Assembly (NCBI GenBank): GCA_002269645.1 | Contig: NIVC01000001.1 | Span: 1,736,001 to 1,800,000, forward strand | Length of the DNA stretch: 64,000 bases | Direction: 5' to 3' | DNA from: Macrostomum lignano | Lineage: Eukaryota | Shown here: in pieces, positions 54,701-64,000 of the stretch | How positions within the stretch are numbered: the first letter of the stretch is position 1 | Layout: the number at the start of each line of letters is the position of its first letter | Notes under the pieces: generated by a model | What the model saw: only the letters and a program-made list of their open reading frames with translations | Databases searched by the model: none | What the model was told of the DNA's origin: nothing | Program-made: the position numbers and the translations under genes

Positions 54701-57613
54701 CTCTAGAGAATAGGCCCTAATCTACTCTAGAGAATCGGCCCTAATCTACTCTAGAGAATCTGTCCGAATCCACCCTAGAGAATCTGTCCGAATCTACCCT
54801 AGAGAATATGTCCGAATCTATCCTAGAGAATCGGCCCTAATCTACCCTAGAGAATCGGCCCTAATCTACTCTAGAGAATCGGCCCTAATCTACCCTAGAG
54901 AATCGGCCCTAATCTACTCTAGAGAATCGGCCCTAATCTACTCTAGAGAATCGGCCCTAATCTACCCTAGAGAATCGGCCCTAATCTACCCTAGAGAATC
55001 GCCCCTAATCTACTCTAGAGAATCGGCCCTAATCTACTCTAGAGAATAGGCCCTAATCTACTCTAGAGAATCGGCCCTAATCTACTCTAGAGAATCTGTC
55101 CGAATCCACCCTAGAGAATCTGTCCGAATCTACCCTAGAGAATATGTCCGAATCTATCCTAGAGAAACTGTCCGAATCTACCCTAGAGAATCTGTCCGAA
55201 TCCACTAGAGAATCTGTCCGAATCTACCCTAGAGAATCTGTCCGAATCTACCCTAAAGAATCTGTCCGAATCTACCCTAGAGAATCTGTCCGAATCTATC
55301 CTAGAGAATCTGTCCGAATCTACCCTAGAGAATCTGTCCGAATCCACCCTAGAGAATCTGTCCGAATCTACCCTAGAGAATCTGTCCGAATCTACCCTAG
55401 AGAATCTGTCCGAATCCACTCTAGAGAATCTGTCCGAATCCACCCTAGAGAATCTGTCCGAATCCACCCTAGAGAATCTGTCCGAATCCACCCTAGAGAA
55501 TCTGTCCGAATCTACCCTAGAGAATATGTCCGAATCTATCCTAGAGAATCTGTCCGAATCTACACCACAGAGTACGAGCGTATGTCCGAATCTACTCTAG
55601 AGAATCGGCCCTAATCTACCCTAGAGAATCGGCCCTAATCTACTCTAGAGAATCGGCCCTAATCTACCCTAGAGAATCGGCCCTAATCTACTCTAGAGAA
55701 TCGGCCCTAATCTACTCTAGAGAATCGGCCCTAATCTACCCTAGAGAATCGGCCCTAATCTACCCTAGAGAATCGCCCCTAATCTACTCTAGAGAATCGG
55801 CCCTAATCTACTCTAGAGAATAGGCCCTAATCTACTCTAGAAAATCGGCCCTAATCTACTCTAGAGAATCGGCCCTAATCTACCCTAGAGAATCGGCCCT
55901 AATCTACTCTAGAGAATCGGCCCTAATCTACTCTAGAGAATCGGCCCTAATCTACTTTAGAGAATCGGCCCTAATCTCCCTAGCAAATCGCCCCTACTCC
56001 AACAATAAGCACACATTGTCACTCCTACCTGCAGAGCCGTGGAGCTGGCCCCGGAGAACCCGGACCTGCTATCAACCCTAGGCCTGCTCTACATGCAGTG
56101 CAACCAGTATCAGAAAGCCTTCGAGCACCTGGGCAACGCGCTAACCTACGATCCCGAGCACACCAAAGCTATCTTAGCTGCCGGCTCGATTATGCAGGCT
56201 CACGGAGACTATGATGTAGCTTTGACTAAGTACCGGGTGAGTTTGTGCCACTGAGCTTTGAGAGTTTTATAGCTGGATATTGATGACCAGTTCGCTTTGA
56301 CACCAGTCTGTTACCGTTGTTTCCGTGACTTTCCGGCTGTTCTGCAGGTCTCCTATCTTCTCCATCTCGTCTCTGTACTGTACTATCCTCTCCTCTCGCC
56401 TCTTTTCTCTCTTCTCCCCTCTCCTCTCCCCTCTCCTCTTTATCTACCGTAATTCAGCCAATTCACTGCAGGTGGCCGCCGGCAACGCGCCGGAGAGCGC
56501 CGCCGTCTGGAACAACGTCGGCATGGCCTTCTTCGGCAAGCGCAAATTCGTGGCCGCCATCACCTGCCTGAAACGGGCCGCCTATCTGAGCCCGTTCGAA
56601 TGGAAGGTGCAGTACAATTTGGGCCTGGTGCACCTGTACACTGAGCAGTATGCCAGCGCTTTTCACTTCCTCACTGCCGCTATTCAACTGCGGCCCAAGA
56701 TGCCCGCCCTCTACATGCTGCTCGGCGTGGCTCTCAGCAACCTGGATGATGCCGAGAATTGCCGCCTCGCCTATGATGAAGCTCTTAAAGTGGAGAAGGA
56801 GACTGGAAGCAGGTTTGTATATGTTGTATATCCCCACTGTGTCCTTCCCCATCCCCACTGTGTCCTCCCCCATCCCCACTGTGTCCTTCCCCATCTCCAC
56901 TGTGTCCTTCCCCTTCCCCACTGTGTCCTTCCCCATCCCCACTGTGTCCTTCCCCATCCCCACTGTGTCCTTCCCCTTCCCCGCTGTGTCCTTCCCCATC
57001 CCCACTGTGTCCTTCCTCATCCCCGCTGTGTCCTCCCCCATCCCCACTGTGTCCTTCCCCTTACTGTGTCCTTCCCTATCCCCACTGTCCTTCCCCATCC
57101 CCACTGTCCTTCCCCATCCCCACTGTGTCCTTCCCCTTTCCCACTGTGTCCTTCCCCTTCCCCGCTGTGTCCTTCCCCATCCCCACTGTGTCCTTCCTCA
57201 TCCCCGCTGTGTCCTCCCCCATCCCCACTGTATCCTTCCACTTACTGTGTCCTTCCCCATCCCCACTGTGTCCTTCCCCTTCCCCGCTGTGTCCTTCCCC
57301 TTCGCCACTGTGTCCTTCCATACCCGCTGTTGTCAAATATCCCCAACAACTAAAGATCCTCTCTTCCCAACTCCCCACACCTGCAAGATCCCTGGACCCG
57401 CTGGTGGCCCTGAACTACGCCGTCTACCTGTACAACTCTGGCGACGCCTCGGCCAGCGGCCGGATGCTCGGCGAGTTCGAGCGCCGCCTCCAGGAGCGCC
57501 ACGGCAACGCTGCTGCCGCCGCTGCCGAAGCTCCTGACGCTGTTGAGACCGGCAAACGTCTGGCTGCTCTGCTTAACGTTGGCGAGTCGCTGCTCTGGCG
57601 AACTGAGGCCCCG

Positions 57614-57651
<38 letters not shown>

Positions 57652-57844
57652 TCCCGCCGACTCTGCCGCGCCCGCGGTCCATCGGGCGCCCGCTGGCAGG
57701 GATCAGCCGAAACGATTCGCCGGCGCCGGTGGTGCGGACGAGCTGCGCGACATTCAACGGGCGCCGCTGCCGCCGACAGAGCCGCCGAGCCACCCGAAGC
57801 CGGACCCGACTAGGCGGCCCATCAACCCTCAGCCGGACTTCTGA
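51703..57844 (+). CDS. BBS4: Bardet-Biedl syndrome 4 protein (BBSome TPR subunit); exons 51703-52058, 53021-53186, 53325-53527, 56035-56236, 56472-56812, 57388-57844
   Basis: [16 protein letters not shown]...LCEYAL|[65 protein letters not shown] and [14 protein letters not shown]. All five GT-AG junctions are phase-consistent (2, 0, 2, 0, 2). Confidence 0.95.
52100..52965. repeat. 28-bp minisatellite filling BBS4 intron 1
   Basis: Unit AAGACCAAGCCTCCCAAATCTCCCC(TTG/AAG/ATG). Confidence 0.93.
53590..55980. repeat. 24-bp two-variant minisatellite filling BBS4 intron 3
   Basis: Blocks of CTAGAGAATCTGTCCGAATCTACC and CTAGAGAATCGGCCCTAATCTACT. Confidence 0.95.
56830..57320. repeat. 21-bp minisatellite filling BBS4 intron 5
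   Basis: Unit CCCCACTGTGTCCTTCCCCAT. Confidence 0.92.
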
Positions 57845-57984
57845 TGGACTTTTGCCGATATGTTGAGTAGAAAACTTCATTTGCAAGCAGGAACCTACGA
57901 GAGGCCTATTTTATTGTAGCAATCTAGTTGTTGTTGACGAGTTGCTTGTTGTTTTGATGGGGCTGAGGTGACAAGACAGCAGGT

Positions 57985-58550
57985 GGGTAGATAAGGGAGG
58001 TGGGTTAGATAAGGGAGCTGGGGTACATAAGATAAGGGAGGTGGCAGGTGGGGTAGATAAGGGAAGTCCAAGTGGGGTAGATAAGGGAAGTTAGGTAGAT
58101 AAGGGAAGTTAGGTAGATAAGGGAAGTGGGGTAGATAAGGGAAGTTAGGTAGATAAGGGAAGTGGGGTAGATAAGGGAAGTGGGGTAGATAAGGGAAGTG
58201 GGGTAGATAAGGGAAGTGGGGTAGATAAGGGAGCTGGGGTACATAAGATAAGGGAGGTGGCAGGTGGGGTAGATAAGGGAAGTCCAAGTGGGGTAGATAA
58301 GGGAAGTGGGGTAGATAAGGGAAGTGGGGTAGATAAGGGAAGTGGGGTAGATAAGGGAAGTGGGGTAGATAAGGGAAGTGGGGTAGATAAGGGAAGTGGG
58401 GTAGATAAGGGAAGTGGGGTAGATAAGGGAAGTGGGGTAGATAAGGGAAGTGGGGTAGATAAGGGAAGTGGGGTAGATAAGGGAAGTGGGGTAGATAAGG
58501 GAAGTGGGGCAGATAAGGGAAGTGGGGTAGATAAGGGAAGTGGGGTAGAT
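57985..58550. repeat. 18-bp minisatellite (AGATAAGGGAAGTGGGGT)n
   Basis: Directly visible. A minus-strand acceptor (CTGTCTTGTCACCTCAG) lies just past it. Confidence 0.92.
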
Positions 58551-59199
58551 GACGGAGGTTGTCGGTAATGCAGGTAGGTGTAGGCAAGTTGTACTGATGG
58601 AGGATAAAGGAAATGATATTCAACTCAACTAACACACTGGGTACTAGCGCCCAGTACCCGTCTGTTGTAGACTCTTTAGCTGCGACTCTGTATGATCACT
58701 ATACAGATTTCTCTCTCGTCACTTCTTTTGCCCTTTTTCTTGTTTATTTTCATTGCCTATTTACTGAACAAAATCTTACATGTATGTGTTTTTAATGTAA
58801 TTTCCTAACACCGTCCGTTGGAAAAGGCAATTCCGTACTTTCTCGTAGTTTTATACTTTGTGATATTTTATTGTTGAAACTTATCGATCGTGGCTGTGTC
58901 GATTCTATTAAAACAAATATTTGGAAAAGACAAATAAATTAAATTTGTATGAGACTTTTTCAAGATGCCTAACCATTAATCAAGTTTTCGTCTTCATATA
59001 TAATTAACTTGTTGACGCCGCGCGATGCTGAAGGTGCTTAAAAACAAACTTATTTTATAGCTCGTAACACACAAGTGATAATAGATACTGGGAAACTGGG
59101 AAATTGGTACTTTTTATAAGTATTTGTATCCATAAACCAAAATTTATAAATAAAGTAAAAATTAAATTTCTGTTTCTTCAACTGAAATGATCTGCCAAT

Positions 59200-59535
59200 G
59201 TCCACTGCCTCATCACTACCAGCCTCCGCTTCATCTCTACCAGCCTCCGCCTTATCACTACCAGCCCCCCTTCATCTCTACCAGCCTCCGCCTCATCACT
59301 ACCAGCCCCCCTTCATCTCTACCAGCCTCTGCCTCATCACTACCAGCCTTCGCTTCATCTCTACCAGCCTCCGCCTCATCACTACCAGCCCCCCTTCATC
59401 TCTACCAGCCTCCGCCTTATCACTACCAGCCCCCCTTCATCTATACTAGCCTCCGCCTCAGCACTACCAGCCTCCGCTTCATCTCTAGCAGCCTCCGCTA
59501 TATCTCTAGTAGCCTTCGCTTCATCTCTACCAGCC
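59200..59535. repeat. 21-bp minisatellite (CTACCAGCCTCCGCCTCATCA)n in an intron of the lectin-like gene
   Basis: Directly visible just after the minus-strand donor at 59566. Confidence 0.88.
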
Positions 59536-59566
59536 TCCGTCTCCTGTCCCTGCCGCCGCCGCTCAC

Positions 59567-62500
59567 TCCTCGGCGCAAACTCTGGCCCCCTCAAAGCTGT
59601 GGCAGTTTGCCACCTCAAAGCCGGCAGTCGTCGTCGCCGTCGCCGTCGCCGCTTCTTTAGCGAAGACGCAGTCGCCGCTGCTGCTGTCACTGAGCAGCGC
59701 TGAGTTCAACGCCCAGTCGGAGGCATTCAGCGGACGGCCGTCAGTCCAGCGCCAGCCGGCGGGCAGCCAGCGGAAGCCGCCGATGAGCAGCGAAAAATTT
59801 TTTGGCCAGCTGGCGGCCGCGGCCTCCAGCTCCGGCTTCCAGACCGTCAGCCGGGCGGCGTCCGCGGGAGCTCCGCCGCCCAACAGGCAGAGCTCGACCA
59901 GCTCGCCAATGTTGCCAGCCGTACCCGGGGTTGAGTTGGTCAGAAACCAGGCAGAGCCATCTGCGGGACATCAAGGCCGAACTGCAGAGCTCGAGCGATA
60001 TGTACGTGTACAAAGACTAGTGACTGTTTTTATCGGTCCGCATTCCAGTCTATAGAAACGAAGACCAGCACTAAATGGGCTCAAAAGAGCAGAGTTAGCT
60101 AATTTGAATGGGTGAGTAGAAGCGCAATGCCAAAAAACTATATTAACCTACATGTACATGCACGAGCGTACATTCTCGTAGGGGTCAGCTGGACGCAGAT
60201 AAGGAGGGTTAATAAAATTTGAAGAGCCAATCAGAAGCCAGCAAGAGGGAGAGAGATAAGAAAAACGACACTGAACTAGGCTGAGAGAGAAAAACAGAGA
60301 GCGAAGGCAGATAAGCTGAAAAGAAAAGTCAGATGACTAAAAAAGTCGCGTCTTGCATTCCAGGCTACTTATAAAACAAAGACCCGTTCGAACCGATAGT
60401 TAAGAACCTGTTCTCATCCAGGCTATCGAAATACGAGTAAATTCTGCAGTTCTAAATGCCCTGCATGTTAGGCTACGTATTGAAACAAAAATGCTAACAG
60501 CCTGTATTCTGATGGATAAAAAACAAAGACCAATTTCCAATGCAGCAAAGACTCACTCTGGCACAGCAGTTGTACACTGAACCCCCCGGCTGGCCAGCTG
60601 CAGGTGTGGGGCAGCAACTGGAGTCCCGTCAGGTTGGCAGCTAGGCAGTTCGCGCCCGCCTGCGGCGTTGGTGGCTCTGCGACGGGCAGTGCAGGGGGCG
60701 AGTCGGGCCGGCCGAGAACGGGGTCGATGGACACCCAGGGGGCAGCTGACAGTGGCTGCGGCTGCCGGGTCAGGGCAAGCAGGACGCGGGCGCTGTACGG
60801 GTTGGTTCATCGAGGGGATACATGTAGCCTTGACGTCAATTGTAAGGATCCGATTGCAATCCATGACTGAGATTGAGGTCTGAGATCCCAAATTCTCGGT
60901 CCCTTATATAAGATCCTTGATCCCAGATCCTTGATCCCAGATCCTTGATCCCAGATCCTTGATCCCAGATCCTTGATCCCAGATCCTTGATCCCAGATCC
61001 TTGATCCCAGATCCTTGATCCCAGATCCTTGATCCCAGATCCTTGATCCCAGATCCTTGATCCCAGATCCTTGATCCCAGATCCTTGATCCCAGATCCTT
61101 GATCCCAGATCCTTGATCCCAGATCCTTGATCCCAGATCCTTGATCCCAGATCCTTGATCCCAGATCCTTGATCCCAGATCCTTGATCCCAGATCCTTGA
61201 TCCCAGATCCTTGATCCCAGATCCTTGATCCCAGATCCTTGATCCCAGATCCTTGATCCCAGATCCTTGATCCCAGATCCTTGATCCCAGATCCTTGATC
61301 CCAGATCCTTGATCCCAGATCCTTGATCCCAGATCCTTGATCCCAGATCCTTGATCCCAGATCCTTGATCCCAGATCCTTGATCCCAGATCCTTGATCCC
61401 AGATCCTTGATCCCAGATCCTTGATCCCAGATCCTTGATCCCAGATCCTTGATCCCAGATCCTTGATCCCAGATCCTTGATCCCAGATCCTTGATCCCAG
61501 ATCCTTGATCCCAGATCCTTGATCCCAGATCCTTGATCCCAGATCCTTGATCCCAGATCCTTGATCCCAGATCCTTGATCCCAGATCCTTGATCCCAGAT
61601 CCTTGATCCCAGATCCTTGATCCCAGATCCTTGATCCCAGATCCTTGATCCCAGATCCTTGATCCCAGATCCTTGATCCCAGATCCTTGATCCCCCGGCA
61701 TCACACCCCAAATTCTCGTTTTCTCACCCCGATCCCCTCTCACCCTTTCAATTGGACGGAAAGCCAGCTTGTCAGTCCGGCCGCCATCCGCAGCTCGTCG
61801 CCAGTCTGCAGCGCCAGTCGGCAGTCAGCCGTCACCAGTCCGCCGACACCGCCGGCGCCCGGCCAGCCGCCGTCGGTCGTCAGCAGTTCGAGGCGAAGGC
61901 AGACCGCGCCGCTGCAGTTGCGCCAGCTGCGGTAGCCGCGGCAGCGCCAGTCCAGCAGCGGGGAGCTCTCGCGCCACTCCGAGCCGCTGCAGTTGAACAC
62001 CAGCGTCTGGGTCCAGCCGGCCTCGGTGGCGAACATCACATTCGGCGAGGTCAGCCTCGCCACCATGTCCTTGGGCTGGGGGAAGTTGGCCAAAAATCCC
62101 CAGCTACCGTAGGCGAATCCAGTGGACCCGAGGCTCATGACGAATCTCAGGCTGTTGTCGCTGCAGGACATCCGGTCTTTCAGCTCGAAGCCTCTGCAGC
62201 CGCCTGATGGTGATTTTTAATGCAGTTTGAAGCAGCGCAGCTCTGTAACAGACTCTCTCTGCATCTCCACTCTTCATGTCCCTCTCCCACTCTTCAAAAG
62301 CCACCCTTCATCAGCCTTTACCATCCTTCATCAGCCTCTTCCATTTTAAAAGCCTTTTCAGCTTTAAGCAGCCTATCCTAGCGTAAACCAGCTCCACCAG
62401 CCCCATCCAGCCTCCCCAGCTCCATCCAGCCTCTTCAGTCTCCAGTCTCCCCAACTCTCCAGCTCCATCCAGCCTCCCCAGCTCCATCCAGCCTCTCCAG

Positions 62501-63892
62501 TCTCCCCAGCCTCTCCAGCTCCATCCAGCCTCTCCAGCTCCATCCAGCCTCTCCAGCTCCATCCAGCCTCCCCAGCTCCATCCAGCCTCCCCAGCTACAT
62601 CCAGTCTCCCCAGCCTCCCCAGCTCCATCCAGCCTCCCCAGCCCCAGCCCAATCCAGCCTCTCCAGCTCCATCCAGTCTCCCCAGCCTCCCCAGCCTCCC
62701 AGACTCGCCTCCCAGCGCCCTCCTGGTCAGCCTGAACAAGCCAGCCCGCAGGCTGTCGCAGGTTGCCAGCTGGAGCTCCGCGCCGCCGACTTTCGCCTCG
62801 CCGACAGCGCAATCAGAAGCTGAAATCGGGCGCTTCATCAGCAGTTCAGAGAAGGCCCAGTCGTTCTGCGTGTCAATCTCGGCTCCGTCCAGCCATCGCC
62901 AGGACTGCCGCGGATCGGCGAACACCCCGACGAAGGCGGTGCCGCCAGCGACTGGATTGGCGAGCATCGCGCTGACGACGCCGGAGCTGCCAACCGCGCC
63001 CGGCCAGCCGGTGGTGCCGTTGGGCTCGAGGAGCTCCGGGTAGGCCAGGCTGAGCGACTCGGTGAGGCAGCGGGCGGCGGCCTCCGAGATCGAAGCGAAT
63101 GAGGCATTGGCGACCTGCCGGAGCAGCTGCAGGGACGAGCCATCTGGAGGGGAGAATTCAAACGGTTGAATTTTTCTGAATACGAGTGTACGGGGGAAGT
63201 TTACCTGAGCGAGTAGAGTGCCCGTTAGCTATCTACCTGTCAGCTATCTACCCATCAGCTATCTACCTGTCAGCTATCTACCCGTTAACTATCTACCTGT
63301 CAGCTATCTACCCGTTAGCTATCTACCCGTCAGCTATCTACCTGTCAGCTATCTACCCGTCAGCTATCTACCTGTCAGCTATCTACCCGTCAGCTATCTA
63401 CCCGTCAGCTATCTACCCATCAGCTATCTACCCGTCAGCTATCTACCCGTTAGCTATCTACCCGTCAGCTATCTACCAGTTAGCTATCTGCCTGTCAGCT
63501 ATCTACCCGTCAGCTATCTACCTGTCAGCTATCTACCCGTCAGCTATCTACCCGTCAGCTATCTACCTCTACTCATCTACCTCTCTATCTACCTCTATCT
63601 ACTCACTGCTGCAAACAACAGCGCCCGGCAGAGCAGGGGAAAGGTTCTGGGCTGTGCAGGGTGCGGACACCAGCAGGCCTCGGGTGTCCACCGCGGTGCA
63701 GTAGTCAGTCACTGGCCCGTTGCTAGGAAAGCTGGCGTTGTCAAGTAGGCCCGAAATCCAATCAAAAGGCACGGCTGCTCCGCGCAACGGGTCTCCAAGT
63801 CGGAAGTTCGAATCCCGCCAGTTGGGAGTGGAGTTGCGCATCACTGGCAGAATGAAAGGCCTGCGGTGGCGGTTTATATAATCGGTTGTCAT
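59567..63892 (-). CDS. Multi-domain C-type-lectin-like protein (partial); exons about 63892-63607, 63143-62709, 62203-61744, 60792-60557, 59960-59567; both ends unresolved
   Basis: Repeated CTLD-like motifs FVGVFADPRQSWRWLDG and LLIGGFRWLPAGWRWTDGRPLNASDWA, plus C..C pairs (DCAVGE...LATC; DCVFAK...VANC). Junctions are phase-consistent (1, 1, 2, 1) if 62708 is a GC donor. Confidence 0.68.
60911..61693. repeat. 14-bp minisatellite (GATCCCAGATCCTT) x about 56, essentially perfect
   Basis: Directly visible; fills intron 61743-60793. Confidence 0.96.
62390..62700. repeat. Degenerate about 19-28-bp minisatellite (CTCCATCCAGCCTCCCCAG)
   Basis: Fills intron 62708-62204. Confidence 0.88.
63225..63565. 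repeat. 15-bp minisatellite (GCTATCTACCCGTCA)n
   Basis: Fills intron 63606-63144. Confidence 0.92.
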
Positions 63893-64000
63893 GGTAACCG
63901 CAGTGGGTCAATGGGAAGCATTTGATTTCCAATGGAGACAGCCACTTCTTCCGATTGGCCTTGATTTGACTTGACAGTAATGAGCGGCTGATTACCCCAT

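Overview
Eukaryotic (metazoan) genomic DNA with GC-rich exons, AT-rich intergenic DNA and very dense tandem repeats. The style suggests a Macrostomum-like flatworm, which is inference only. 1-2800: 5' part of an apparently intact Ty3/gypsy LTR retrotransposon on the minus strand (LTR, tRNA-Arg-like PBS, gag, -1 frameshift into pol). 2800-23500: AT-rich repeat desert with non-autonomous TIR elements and two head-to-tail non-autonomous Helitron-like elements that carry long satellite arrays. 23600-57850: seven consecutive plus-strand genes, reconstructed by hand from splice sites and reading phase: ELL, KAT5/Tip60, PRELID3/slowmo, a divergent multi-RRM protein, DPH2, a small single-TM ORF and BBS4. 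59500-64000: a minus-strand multi-exon gene with tandem divergent C-type-lectin-like domains. Most long ORFs in the supplied track are artefacts of minisatellites. The most striking unexplained pattern is that most introns longer than about 400 bp are filled by a 14-45 bp minisatellite. One unit family recurs in two unrelated genes, several units share short cores, and some units look like tandem 3' splice-site modules.
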